Assembly (NCBI RefSeq): GCF_018350175.1
Contig: NC_058368.1
Span: 103,356,001-103,420,000, forward strand
DNA from: Felis catus
Taxonomy: Eukaryota
Length of the DNA: 64,000 nucleotides
Reading direction: 5' to 3'
Shown: one piece after another, positions 1 through 13,490 of the stretch
Numbering within the stretch: position 1 is the stretch's first letter
Layout: each line of letters starts with the position of its first letter
The notes under the pieces: generated by a model
Told to the model about the DNA's origin: nothing
The model's database searches: none
The model's input: only the letters and a program-made list of their open reading frames with translations
Position numbers and translations under genes: made by a program

Positions 1-360
1 TTACTAAATGAAAGACGCCAGTTTGAAAAGGCTACATATTATATGATATGTGATTCCAACTATATGATATTCTGGAAAAGGCAAACCCATGGCAACAGTA
101 AAAGTACCAGCAGTAGCAAGGGGTTGGAGGGTAATGTGGGAAAGGAGGAGTGAATAAGCATAGCATAGAAGATTTTTAGAGCCGTGGAACTCTTTTGTAT
201 GAGATTATAATAGTGGACATATGTCATTATAAATCTGTCCAAACACAGAGAATATACAACACCTAGAGAGGACCTTCATGTAACCTATGGATTCTGGCTG
301 ATAATGATGTGTCAACGGAAGTTCACTGATATAAAAGTATACCAGTCTGGTGGAGGATTT
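1..360 (+). mobile_element. Old L1 3' region (L1MC-like), cut by the window start
   Basis: Typical L1M 3'UTR phrases: GAAAAGGCTACATATTATATGAT, ATTCCAACTATATGATATTCTGGAAAAGGCAAA, ATGTCATTATAAATCTGTCCAAA, TGATAATGATGTGTCAA. Confidence 0.8.
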
Positions 361-824
361 TTTAAAAAATTATACGTTGTTTCAGATTTCGGCTACTTTC
401 CAAATAACTTTCTATAAGCTAAATATATTTATTTGCAGTTACCATGCTATCTTATCTCAGTATATTTGGAGATAATAGGTACTATAGCAAGAATAATAAA
501 AAAAAATATAATTAAATGTATGTACTATTTTCATTTCTGCCAAAATAATCACTGAATGGAATCTTCAGCAAAAGTTGCACTAGAACTATCAGATTGAATC
601 CATGGGCTGGTCTCTGGTTTCAAATTTGAGTTGTTCTCATATAAAAAGGCCATTCATAAATTCACACTAGGCACATGATAGCCTTGCACAGGGTCTATAG
701 ATAGTGTGTAGTAGGATATTTCCTAGAATCCCTCTGCTCTCTTTTAACAGTGACTCATTACAAACTTTACGAAAACTCATCAGACAATAAGGAAAAGAGG
801 TCCGACCCATTCTTTATTTTATCC

Positions 825-2660
825 TTTCTTACTCAATTTTATAGAGATACAATTTGCATAAAACATAATTCAACCATTTATAGTGCATAGTTTGATGATT
901 TTTTACCACCACAATCTCGAAAGAGAACATTTTATCCCTCCTGAAAGTTTCCTTTTGCCCTATCCCACCTAATCCTTCCCCACCCTCACCCCCAGCACCA
1001 GCTCCCAGGCAACCCACTGATCTCCTTTCTGCCAGTGCATTTTCATTTTGCCGGTCCTAGAATTTCATTGAAATGGAATCATATAGCACATGTTCTTCAT
1101 GCCTGGCTTCTTTTATTCATAATATTTCTGAGATTAATCCATCTTGTTCCTTTACCAGTAGTTCATTCTTTTTTATTGCTCAATAGCATTCCACTGTATG
1201 GATATATTATCGCATATTTATCCATTCACTTGTTGATAAATACTTGAACTCTTTATTGATTTTTGATATTAGGAATAAAGTTACTATGAACATTTCCCAT
1301 GGGTAAATACCTAGAATTGCAAAGGTTAGGTCATATAGCTATGTCTTTTTAAAAAATAACTGGCAAATGACACAAAATGTTAATAACACAGGAGTGTATG
1401 ACAGTTCCATTTGTTATACAATGTCTCAAATATTTAGTATTGTCAATCTTTTTATCGTTAGACATTTTAGTGAATTTATATAGTAATGTTTAACTTTGAT
1501 TTTAATTTTGACTTCCTTGATGACTGATAATGTTAAAAATCTTTTTGGGTGCTTATTGGCCATTCTTATGTATTCTTTTGTGAATTATTTCAAATAATTT
1601 GTTCAAATTTTTTGCCTGTTTTTAAATTAGACTATTCTTATGATCTATTGCAATGGCTTTAAAAAATATGCTCTAGGTGCAAGTCTTTGTTAGATATATG
1701 TTTTAAGAATATATTCTCCATTCTATGGCTTTTCTATGTATTTCTTTAATGATATCCTGTAATGAAGAGAAGTTTTTAATTTTGATGAATTCTAATTTCT
1801 CCATTTTTTCTTTAATGATTTTTTTGCCTTCTGCAATGACACAAAGATTTTGTTATAGGATATGGTACAGATTTGGGTTCTGAGGTTATATCTAAAATCT
1901 ATTTGAGTTTCTTTTTTTTTCCATATGGAAATCAAACTGATTCAGCACAATTTGCTAAAAATGATCACACTTTTACATTTGAATTACCTTGGTGGATATA
2001 TTAAAAATTAGCTGACATACTGTTATAGTGAATTTCTAGACCTTATATAGTTGGGTATTGCTTTTATACCCAGTCTGATTATCAATGACTTTAAATAAGA
2101 GATTTTGGACATGTACATTTAATATAACTACTGACATGCTTGTGTTTAAGTCAGCCATTTTGCTATTTATTAAAAAATATTTTCCTGGGGGCCTGGGTGG
2201 CACAGTCGGTTAAGCGTCCGACTTCAGCCAGGTCACGATCTCGCAGTCCGTGAGTTCGAGCCCCGCGTCGGGCTCTGGGCTGATGGCTCAGAGCCTGGAG
2301 CCTGTTTCCGATTCTGTGTCTCCCTCTCTCTCTGCCCCTCCCCCGTTCACGCTCTGTCTCTATCTCTGTCCCAAAAATAAATAAACGTAAAAAAAAAAAA
2401 AAAATTTCCTTATTAGTTCTTTGATCCTTTTATTCCTCTTTTCCTGCCTTGTTTTAGAAAACTTGACTCCTTTTTCCTTTTCTATTTTCTCTATACATTG
2501 GCCTATTTGCTGTATCTCTAGGTTTTATTTAGTAAGTGGCTGTTTAACAGTTTACAGTGCACATCTTTAACTTATCACAGTGTACTTTCTAAAAATATTA
2601 TACTAATTCAGATATTATTTAAGAATCTTACAATATTATGCTTCCCTTTCCCTTCATCTG
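825..2660 (-). mobile_element. Degraded old L1 (L1MB/L1ME-like 3' end plus ORF2 remnants), interrupted by a SINE
   Basis: Antisense L1 motifs CCCAGGCAACCCACTGATCT, ATGGAATCATATAG, TTTATCCATTCACTTGTTGAT, AAGTTTTTAATTTTGATG, TATAGTTGGGTATTGCTTT. Confidence 0.7.
2187..2404 (+). mobile_element. Young feline CAN-SINE (SINEC_Fc-like)
   Basis: tRNA-like head GGGGGCCTGGGTGGCACAGTCGGTTAAGCG, B box GTTCGAGCC, CT-rich tract, AATAAA + poly(A); ATTTCCT/TTTCCT on both flanks; CpGs intact. Confidence 0.97.
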
Positions 2661-2889
2661 TAGTATAAAGTCATGCAATTAGCATATGCCAGTACAAGTC
2701 AATAACATCTTTATTTGCAAAAATTTAGAATCACTTTTCAAAATTGTCTTTGTCTCCATCCATATAAAAAGGCCTCATCTCCAAAAGAAAAGGGAAGAAC
2801 ATATGTTAAAAAGATACATTATTTAAAACTACATGGTAACTTGTCACATATTTTCTTACATTGGAAAATAATCTTTACTTACATCTCTG

Positions 2890-4330
2890 GACAAAAACTT
2901 GTTTATTGATTTATACTAAATTTGTCCAAGATATTATAGAAGATACAAAGATAAATCAGATATAATCCCTGCTTTCAAATAACTTATGTCCAATTGTGAA
3001 TGGGAAAAGGTGTTATTTTTAAAAGGCTACACAATATGATTCAGTATAATAAACTCATGAAAGGTACAAAATGCTGTGGTAGTTCAAGTAATGAACTAAA
3101 AAAAGGGAGATAAGGCTAGAAAGGACCACTGGGTACCCTCTGGGGAAACTACGAATCATTTTAATCACATACATACTATGATGAGAATTTTCTTTCAAAT
3201 ATAAAACTGATTAACACATCCAATGACTTAGACAAATTATGAGGCTTCATCAATCTCGAGGAGAGAGTCAATGGAAAGCTGAACAAAGATAGTAAAGAAA
3301 ACAAGATAAAAATGTAAAGGATCAAACAACTGATTTGAAGAAAGAAATAACATAGAATGGCTACAAAATGGTAGTACCCTAATATAAACGGAAGTAATAG
3401 AGAAGAAGGAAATTTTCACAGAAAGGTGATAGTGGGAACCATGGGGATATAACGAGTTTAAGACGCCATTGAGGCACCTGTGTGAAAACTGGTCAGGCAG
3501 CAGTTGAATATCCAGGATGGAATTTGAGGGAAAGTTGGATTTTATATGTAATTTTACCTAGAGGTCTGCAGAGGGATGACAGCTGAAGTTGTCAGATGAG
3601 ATGAGATATTTAATGGAGAAAATGTAAGAAGAGAGTAGGCCAAGACAAACTTTGATGACAGGAACAATAACTTCAGGATAGAGGAAAAGAAAGAGAAGCT
3701 TAAGAAGAAGACATATGAGAAATCATTAAAGAGCTAGGGAGACATCCAGAATAATGATTTTAAAGGAAGTAGCGTGGGGGAGAGATCTAAACGAAGGAAA
3801 GGGGCCCAGCAGTAATATGAAGTCAAAAGAATGAGAATTAAGAAAAACCCTTGATGTGGAGACTGACAGACCACTTGTAAATGAGAGCAATCTGAGTGAA
3901 AGTATTGCACAGTGTTAGAAAAATGAGACTATCTACAACCCCAGAATAACTTTTTATAAACACAACCACCACCACCAACAAAAAGAAACAAAAAGAACTG
4001 TAAGCTTACCTGAATATTCAACCAGTCAAAGAGAAAAGAAATATCGGTTGGTGAGGGGATGGGGAGGGAAGTTGAGAGCCAAGGTTTCCAAAGGAAGAGA
4101 AGAGAGGTGGAAGGGAGGGTTTCGAACTGAAAACGCCATCTTTGTGCACTAAGAGGAAAGAATATAAGGAGTAAAGACAAAAGACAATTAAGTGTGACAA
4201 GAGAGGAAGCTTATACAGTTCTTGTCTGTTCTCCTTCTATCATGTAAAACAGGAATGTGAAGAGTGGGGATAACAAAAATGACCTAAGAGGAGTAGAGTG
4301 GTTATCACAGCTGTGAGGAAAAGGACCCAC
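2890..4330 (-). mobile_element. Degraded L2 LINE
   Basis: Begins with an L2-end-like TTTATTGA...GATACAAAGATAAATCAGA...CCCTGCTTTCAA, followed by purine-rich L2 body motifs (AGGCAGCAGTTGAATAT, GATGAGAT). Confidence 0.5.
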
Positions 4331-5895
4331 AGCAGACTTGACTGTCAGGCAACGGTTAAGAGCATGCAAAGGTCAGAGAGCATAAAAATAATTAGAATTC
4401 CCTTTGGAGTAAAAATTTTAGAGCTCTACCTTACAAATCTATCTACCTGGCTGAAGCTTTGCTAAAATGACGCTAACTCTCACCCTGTAAATAAAGATAC
4501 TCGACTATCCTTTACCGGAGAAAACTAGATACCAAAGTGCTATTTTGCTAAAGTCATTCTAAAATTTCTTGCTTTTTAATCCTCACCTCATTCAAAATAA
4601 ATATTTTCTTATATTTTAATTATTGTTTTCCCTCATGCAAATGAAATCATCTGGAATATAAAAAAGAAGTCACTATAATAATAAAAGAGTTAAATTGATA
4701 CAGATAACGTTATTTCTCTGTGTTTAAGAAAACCTTAATTTCATGGGTTATACAAAGTCTTTGTCCTGTAAAAACGTAGAATTTACTTCCCAGTAAAATT
4801 TATGTTTTACAAGAAATCAAAAAATATGTATTAAGCCTTCTGAATAAATGCTTCCCAGAGATAGTTAACCTACCGAACCTGTGAATAAACATTTCTTTGG
4901 TAGCACATGGCGGTATTCACACAACAATTGGGTTCCAAAATATGTTTCTTCAGTGTTATATAAAAACATCCAGTTTGTGTAATGAACAACAATAGTGCCA
5001 GTAATCAAAGAAAATCAGGATTGTCAACAATGAGAAATAATGTCTCCTAGCAACCAAGTTTCAATTACTCTTTGTTTGCTAACAAGCACGGAGATATTTT
5101 ATGCTGGTAGCTTTATTCCAGAGAGTAAAGGATTATCAAAGACTGTAAGAGAGAGTTCCTATTTTAACCAGCTCTGGTTTCCAATCAAACATCTTGCAAT
5201 TAATTTTATTAGTGTTTTAGACGTAATTTACTTTGAATAAGCCATAACTATGATTTGTTATTGTCATGTTCTAAAAGAAACTGTAATGTGGAATAATTAT
5301 TTGTTTAAATAATGGAATCATTGGCATACAGATGATACTCCAACAAAGTAAAAATTTATTATCATTAATAATAAGATTAAACAAAATCATATTCCAGAAT
5401 AGATCCCAGGAGGACCCTTTAGCTATTTTAGTTGAACTAGAAATAATACTACTAATTAAGATATAACACCGACTGTCATAGCAGTAGTCACAAAGACCAT
5501 TTACTAGTGCCTAATAAAAACCTTCTACTGCCACACAGATACACTGTGAAAGTACACCCTTAAATGAAATCAATCTGCACTGTGAACATTACCTATCAAA
5601 CTTTGAAAACAATTTTATTCAAGGCATCTGTACTAATCCCTTTATATTATTTAAGTTGGGGAAATGACCACTGAAACTGACCTGTTTCAGCTGTACTCCC
5701 TCTGCATTTGGTGGGTGGGACTTTTACCTCTTACAGCTTTACATACAAGGCAGACCGAAGAGGGTAGTGTGTGAGAGGGACTATGGCTGCAGTGCTGGTA
5801 CAACAATTATTTCTCTCACTATTGGATTTCTGCAATCCATTTCATGTGAACCTTTTAGAGGGGAGAGGCTCATGGAAAATACCTCCCCCTCCCCA

Positions 5896-5896
<1 letters not shown>

Positions 5897-5938
<42 letters not shown>
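5897..5938. repeat. (CA)n microsatellite
   Basis: Uninterrupted CA run. Confidence 0.98.
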
Positions 5939-5943
<5 letters not shown>

Positions 5944-6254
5944 GAGGCCAAGAAGATAAGTAGTCAAAATCCACATCAAAGCAGCCACAGCTATAGTTCT
6001 GTAAACTCAAAAAAATGTTTTCAGACTGGTCATTTGGGGATCCATTTCTGTTTAATAATATCTCACTTTTTACTGAGTGATATTGGTATTAGGTAGGAAA
6101 GGATACTCTATCTTTTCAGTTTGTTTCCAGCGCCATTTAGTGCTTTTCAAATTAGCTTTTGTAAATGTTTTGAAATAATCTATGTGTCGATTATTTGTAT
6201 TATTGTTTAACTAAAGGTGAAGAATGAGGGATCTGATTTAAACTTATCTCAATA

Positions 6255-6353
6255 GGGGTGCCAGGGTGGTTTAGTTAGTTGAACAGGTGACTTCTGATTT
6301 CTGCTCAGGTCATGATCCAAGGGTCATGGGATAAGCCCCATATTGAGCTTGAG

Positions 6354-6399
<46 letters not shown>

Positions 6400-6450
6400 C
6401 TTTGCCCTTCTCCCCTACTCAGGCTCTGTCTCTCTAAAGTAAAAATAAAT
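6255..6450 (+). mobile_element. Older CAN-SINE with internal deletion and long (CT)n
   Basis: GGGGTGCCAGGGTGG head, CTCAGGTCATGATC, (CT)n, A-rich tail; TSD TAAACTTA(T/C)CTCAATA. Confidence 0.9.
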
Positions 6451-7431
6451 TAAACTTACCTCAATAAATAAAAGTATCTATGTAAATGAATAAAATTATC
6501 AAACTGAAATGCAATTATTTCTGCTTAAGTGTTTTTTTCAGTTTATCTTAATTATAACAAATTTGTAAGCCTTTTTTCTTTCTCTGATTGCTTCCTTTGG
6601 CTAAAATATCAAAACCTCTCCAAAATAGGAGACTTTCAAATATAAATACTTTCATTCATGTCTTAATATCTTTGGTTTTTAGCTTCTTATTACTTAGCAA
6701 ACAAGCAACAAATCAGAGATCATACGACAGTATTTTAGCCTATGTTTAGCACTAAGTTGCACACATGCCAAGACAGAACTATTGCATATAGAGTCACATA
6801 AGTACACATATAAGTGAGATGACCTGTAGAAAATGATGAGATTATCTATGCACTCGGAAGTCAACTGTTTTTTTTAAATTATTATTATGGACTATAATGA
6901 ATAGTATCATGCAGCATAAATGATGTCGAACCAAACACATTTTCTGGCAAGCAAAATTATTTTCTACAGTCAGTAAACAAGACTTAATTAATCAGAAAAC
7001 AAGGATTTCAGGAAAATGCTCTTTTCAGAAGAAAGTCATCATTTACCATGTTTGTCCAAATGCTGCTGTGGCAGGGGTTACGGAAAAAAGATCAGCTACA
7101 GTCTGCTTTTGAACAATGGGTTAGAGTGAGATCCTCAGCGTGCAAATGCATCATCTTTCAGAGGCACTTCCATAGCCACCATTTTTACGGTTTTAATATG
7201 AAGCTTTGCAAAAATATCTGCCAGCTGACCATGACCAATATAAAATGATTTGTCTCCCTATCCTTGAAACAGTAAACAAATGTGAAAAGGAACTTTTTTT
7301 TCAATACTTACATGCAACAGGAAAACACTACTCCTAAGAATAAGAATCAAGAGACTTGTATTTCAAACCCAGTAGAATTGAGTCTTAAGTAAATTGTGTA
7401 ACTTTTTGGGGTCTCGTTTTTCATACTGGTA

Positions 7432-7433
<2 letters not shown>

Positions 7434-7475
<42 letters not shown>
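7434..7475. repeat. (GT)n microsatellite
   Basis: Uninterrupted GT run, next to a faint MIR-like fragment. Confidence 0.98.
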
Positions 7476-7478
<3 letters not shown>

Positions 7479-8267
7479 CACGGGTGTTTATTTAGAACTA
7501 GATTTTCAAAGAATGCCTTTTAATTTCTCACGGAGATGGAAACAGTGTCTGAAGACGGGGGGACAGGGAGGGAAGCAACCGTGACAGTGAAGACTGAGTA
7601 TCCTGCTGGCAGAAGTGGGGAGTTCATAAACATGTCCCTGAGGAAGACACAAGGGCCTTCATTCACAGACTTTTCTTTTCACAGGGGATTGTGGCAAACA
7701 CGGAAGTCACTGGTGTAGATACTCCACTGGCCTGAAAATTTCTTTACTTTTACTCTCAGTATACACTGAAAAGCTCCTACAGGCACAGATTTATACATGG
7801 ATATGTGCATAGGCCAGAGTGTAAAACAAAGTTCTGCTGGGGAACAAGTACATAGTGGAGACTCAGCACATCAGGCTTCTTTCCAGAGCCCCACTGTTGT
7901 GCTTTTGAGCCATTACCAATGCCTTTCAGCAATGCTGTCGACAGAGCTCAGATAGGGTCCTGAACTCTAGAGAATGAATGAGATATGCCAAATGAAGCAT
8001 AATTACTTGATTGACGTCATTCAGCTTTCAACTCACATTTAATGGGGGAGCTTCTAGTGCTTGAAACAGTGGGCCGTTTGTAGCACATTATGCAAATGAT
8101 AAGACTAATCTTTTGCATTATACATAAGAGCTGCTTATTGTGCATTAACTAATTTATCTGACTACGCAGGGGCTATGAATGCTGATTTTTATTAAGCTCT
8201 TCATTAAGTGAAAACGTAGGCATGGCAAGTGCATATATTAGCCTGTGCCTGTTTTGCGTGGATGAAC

Positions 8268-8271
<4 letters not shown>

Positions 8272-8311
<40 letters not shown>
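8272..8311. repeat. (AC)n microsatellite
   Basis: Uninterrupted AC run. Confidence 0.98.
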
Positions 8312-8317
<6 letters not shown>

Positions 8318-9574
8318 ACCAAATGACATTCTTTTGGTGGTAGGAAACATCACGCATGATATTTCTTTTCAGTCAAATCAGGAAGACGAGAAAGTGAGAA
8401 TTAAAGAATCAGAAGGAAGACTCTAGTGTTGTTAATAGTCATCACACTTACTTTTATCATGGTCAGGAAATTGCTTTTTAAAAAGACAGAATGTGTAGGT
8501 TGCAGTCAATAGTTTAAATCTTACCTAAGAACCCTTAGGATGCTAGTGACTATTATTGTGATTATCATAAAAAGCAAAGGAAGAACAAGTGAACCCAACG
8601 CGTAATTAGAGCAGTCGCTTCAGTTTTAAGGTAAGTTTATTCACTTGAGAACAGAAGGAAAAAGAGCAAAATAATATTTTATTAAGTAAACACGAACCCA
8701 TTTGGTTACGATCTAGGCACAGGCGTGTGTAGACAGACACGTGAATAATGCCTTCGGTAATGCTCCGATAAGAAGCACATTTCATTCAGGCACACGTTTG
8801 AAACCAACCCAGACTCTCCACACAGAGCCTGCTCTTCTCAGCGAGAATTTGTGGAGTTTCACAAGAGATCCCCAAAACACCACACATTTGATTTTCTTGA
8901 CTAAATTTAGAGAGATTTCATTTATTTTAATCGGCAATGTGTACTGGAAAAACTATTTGCAATTTATGACAAGTATTTTGAGTTTATTACTTTAAAAATA
9001 TTTTAACAGTGCAGTTAACAGCTCACTAATGGGTGAGTTCCTGATTACATCTATAACTAATTTTCAAGGCAAAAAGGCTAGCAGAAATGAAATGAGCCTC
9101 TTACTTTGAAGACACTAAATACCAACAATGACCAGCTCAACAGATGTAGAAGGGCAGAGAAGCCCAGTACACCCTTCTGACTTCAAAATTGAGTTCCCAG
9201 TTTTAGTTCGTTAAAATTAATGACCGATCACTGTGTATCATGCATGAGAACAGCTCATTCCTTTATCAGCCAGGTAAACTAAAACACATATTACTAGACA
9301 CGACACAAAACCAGCCCTGGGATTTGGCCATGAGCCCAACCTAACTGCAGAATGTTTATTAAATTATTAAAATTTATGGGTTGATAGCACTCTCAAGCAA
9401 TTTATTATAGCTGTAAACCATTTTTAAGTTTTGAAAACACAATAAAGTTGATTTAATAATCCCCCTAATCTTATACACAACTTCCTCCAGAATTTTCTTC
9501 AATTACGGCTCATAAATTACAATTTATTGTGTATTAGAGAAACACTAAAAAACAAATACTTCATGAGAATTTCA

Positions 9575-9830
9575 TCAGATTCATTTATTCTGAAACATTT
9601 GCCAGGAAGCATAACAAATTCACATGTGACCCCTGCACTCACAGAGCTGAAGTTCAAATCAAAGCCACAATAGAGAGTTCCTTTGCCAAAGATAATAACG
9701 AAAATCTTCCCTGAACTTGAGCCAGGAACTTGACTTTAATGAATGCAAGGGTGAAGGGGTCAGGAAAGGGAGAGAGAGGCAGTTCCAGGGAAATTCTCTC
9801 TACTCTAGAAACAGCTTGAATTGCAAAGCA
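9575..9830 (-). mobile_element. L2 3' fragment
   Basis: TTCATTTATT...GCCAGG...CCCTGCACTCACAGAGCT pattern typical of an antisense L2 end. Confidence 0.4.
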
Positions 9831-12800
9831 CAGATGGTCACATCACCTCTTTGTAGGACTTTGTTAGAGAGCGAGCAAGTGAAAAGAGGGACCGCAAAGC
9901 GACAGTAATTAGGAGCACACATTGTGTTCTTCTCAGGGGCAGCAGGTCATCAGTGTAGGCAAATTCACTTAGATTTAATGACTTTTAAGTGAACATTTCG
10001 TACTTTTAAAAAACCAGAAATGACAGTAGTTTAGGAAGAACAATCCCTAACAGTGGAATAATTTTGAATGTGTTTCACATTTCACAGTGACTTGAGTAGG
10101 GCAGAATTGTCTGCTGGATCCAGTTGGTCCTGTGGCTTCTATACCTGTGTTTTCAAAACTGAAATGGAATTTTGGGGGAAGTCTTAGGGCCTCTGTTAAT
10201 GGAACACAAGGAAAATATATGCATAAGAGTTTACATGTATTGGGAAGGAGAGGCACTACTCTGTCCAGAGGACAAGCAACGTGATGTGAAAAGAACTACT
10301 GCATCTACATTCCTTAGAAGTTTCAGGTTTGGGCCCTTTTGCTGACTTTAGGAGGCTGGAGGATGAAACTCGTATTCAAGCAAGCCTATCACTGATATCA
10401 TTTATAATAAATCTACAGCGGGTTGTTTCCTTGACTTGTAGAACCAGACGCTACACGGAGCTGGCTCTGGGAAAACCTCCAGGGACAGAGGATTTCTTCT
10501 AAAATGGTGTTTCCTTCTACTTGGGAATTCCACAAAATCTATTTGCTTAAAATGAGCAAGATCCTTCATGGGACTCAAGGACAATGAGGAATGAGAGATG
10601 ACACAATCAATGACTTAGTCATACTAAAGAGGCCTTAACATGATGAAGACTGTAGTTGGCTCTCAGTGTCAGTTTAAAGTCAGAACTCCATGGAAGAATA
10701 CGGTGGGCTCTCATTTCCCTCTTTTCCTCTTATTTATTCTGCCCTCGGTGCCTGGTACTCTAAACACTTGACTATGGTAAATGTCATTAGAAGCGCCTTC
10801 TCTGCTCTATCTCTCACAGGTGCACCTGGTTGCATTAAATGATTTTCCTCACCATCCTGGCCACATATTGTGTCAATCAAATTTCTGTCCCTGAAATACT
10901 GAGCCACTTAAGTCTACGGAACTGAGCTGAAAGATCCTGGAGACCAAAGATCGAAGGTACGATTTTTCTAGGGAACTTGATGTCTATGAGTAAAGGAAGA
11001 TGATCCACAGGGGGAAAAGCACAGAATGGAGTTATGGAGACAAGCAGGGTAAGAAAATATGAGGCCATAGGGAGAGTTAAAAAGTAGTTGCCTTCATGTT
11101 CTCTATGACTTATATCACTTCTTATGAGGCCTACCTATATTTCTAACCCTTGAATCCTTTATATTCTCCTGCTCTATCACCCCCATTTACATTTGAGCTA
11201 GTGTACTAGGCTTCTGTTCTTTAAATACCAATGGCACTGGGTACACAAATGGGGAAATAAAGTACTCTGTCCTCACTCTACTTGCAACTTTGCCATAAGC
11301 ACTGACACCAGAGCAAACTCTGTGCACAACCAACACGGGCAGGAAACATGCCGACCCCTCGCTTCTGTGTTCACTCGCCCAAGAGGTACCAGGTAACAAT
11401 GCTGCACTCAGTATCAGTGACTTCCTGGACTCTCGATGGCTTATGTCCTGCCCACCTTTCCCCCTGACAGGAGAACACGAAGAACAGCTCCACAGTCCCC
11501 ATCTCCAAGTTCTTCAGGTCATTTTTGCACGTGGAGCTGAGTCATAAGTTAGAAGTGGTCTACTTGGAGATATTGTGTCGTATGTATTTTATCCAAGAAG
11601 ATCGTATGTAGGGATTGCCCACAAGTCAGGGCAATACGTTGTGGAGCATGTTCCAGAAGATTCATAAGTGACCATGAAGTATTTTCAAATAGGTATAACG
11701 ATATAAATGTGACAGTAATAATCGCCAGTTTGAATTTGGGTCACTTCCTCTATGGCCAAAAGATCATACATGTACCAGCTATGATGGAGTAACAAAGGCC
11801 AGATATATCTTCTCACAGGAACAACTGAAAAACTAGAGGAAATACACCCATGAGTGGGTTTCAGACAGTGGATCCTAGGAAACAGAGGGAAAAAAATCAT
11901 TGAGGAGAGGGAAAGAGCGGATCCTTACAATGCTCCAGCTTGCTGCCTGAAGAAAGTGTCCCAGGTATGCAAAGGGACAGGACACCCAAACAGAGCTCTG
12001 TGGTCTCTGTGAATAGAGAAAAAGTTGAAAATATGGGGAGTATCTATGGGATAGAATTTTCAGAGAAAGTACCAGAGTCAAGAGAACCGCAAAGAAAGTT
12101 CCAGACATTTGCACTGGTTTTATCTGCCGTCTTTTACTGAGGCCTAAAAACTGCATTAATATAAGAAAATACCAGAGGTTGGGGAAAGAAACACTAAAAA
12201 GGAGCAGGTGGAAAAGTCCCAGACATCACACAAGGCCAGGAGAAGGTCATGATCCCGGGAGCCACAGAAGAAGTCCTCAGTAATACTTGGCACATCAGGG
12301 GGAACACCCAGAAGGTTACAGTCTCACTACTAGGGAAAATTAGCCCTAGCATAAAAGCCACCTAACAAAGCTTAAAAACAACTCCAGAAAGAATAGAACT
12401 GTTTCTCAGTAACCTAACTGCATCCCAGAACACAGTTCAAGAATATTTAAAGGAATTACCCAATACAGTAAAACTAAAACACCTGATATCCAATAAAAAA
12501 AAAACACTAAACATGTAAAAAAGGAAAGAATAGAATAAAAATAAATCAATTCAAGTGATACAATTATCAGACAAGGACATTAAAATAATTACAAACATAT
12601 TCTATATGTTCAAAAATATAGAGCAAGAAATCATGTATACATTAAGGAGATAATAAAATATCATGATATAAATAAAAAACTATTTAAACATCTTTAAAAA
12701 AACTTCCATATATAATATACAATATATTGTATATGATTAAGAACAGATTAGACACTGCATAAAAAGATAGATCAGTGAATGTAAAACAGCGATAAAAACT

Positions 12801-12985
12801 TTAAAAATAAAACACAGAAAAAAAGATCGGAAAAAATGATCATAATGTCAGCGAGCTCTGAGAAAATTCAAGTAGCCTAATACTTGTACAAGTGGAGTCC
12901 TGAAAAAGAGAGAAAACTGACATAGAATAAAATATTTGGAGTAATGCCTGAAATTTTCCAAGTTTGTTAAAAATTATAAACCAAA

Positions 12986-13490
12986 GGTGGCTTGGGTGAC
13001 TCAGTTGGTTCAGTGTCCAACTCTTTATTTTGGCTCAGGTCATGATCCCAGAGTCATGGGAGAGAGCCCCATGGGGAGCTCTGAGCTGAGCATGAAGCCT
13101 GCTTCAGATTCTCTCAGGGTGCCTGGGTGGCTCAGTGGGTTAAGAATCTGACTCTTGGTTTTGGCTGAGATCATGATCTCACAGTTCATGAGTTTGAGCC
13201 TCATGTCGGGGTCTGCACTGGGAGCCTAGAGCCTGCTTGGGATTCTCTCTCTTTCCCTCTCTCTCTGGCCCTCCTCTGCTTGTACACATACCCTCTCTCG
13301 AAATAAGTAAATAAATAAACTTAAAAAAAAAAGATTCTGTCTCTCTACCTCTGTCCCTCTTCTACTCGTGCTTGTGAATGCATGCACATACTCTGTGTCT
13401 TAAAAAAAAAAAAAAGTCTCTCTCTCTCTCTCTCTCTCTCTCCCTCTCCCTCTCCCTCTCCCTTTTCCTCGCTCTCTCTCTCTATCTAAA
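12986..13490 (+). mobile_element. Outer CAN-SINE of a nested cluster (head 12986-13116, tail pieces to about 13490)
   Basis: SINE head GGTGGCTTGGGTGACTCAG...CTCAGGTCATGATC; flanking TAAACCAA duplication; host L1 ORF1 resumes at CAGATCCAGG. Confidence 0.85.
13117..13332 (+). mobile_element. CAN-SINE nested inside another SINE
   Basis: Complete head-to-poly(A) copy flanked by AGATTCT(C/G)TC. Confidence 0.92.

Noticed and set aside
5767..6096. 109-aa ORF
   Set aside because: It is kept open by a (CA)n repeat (HTHT run) and has no recognisable domain.
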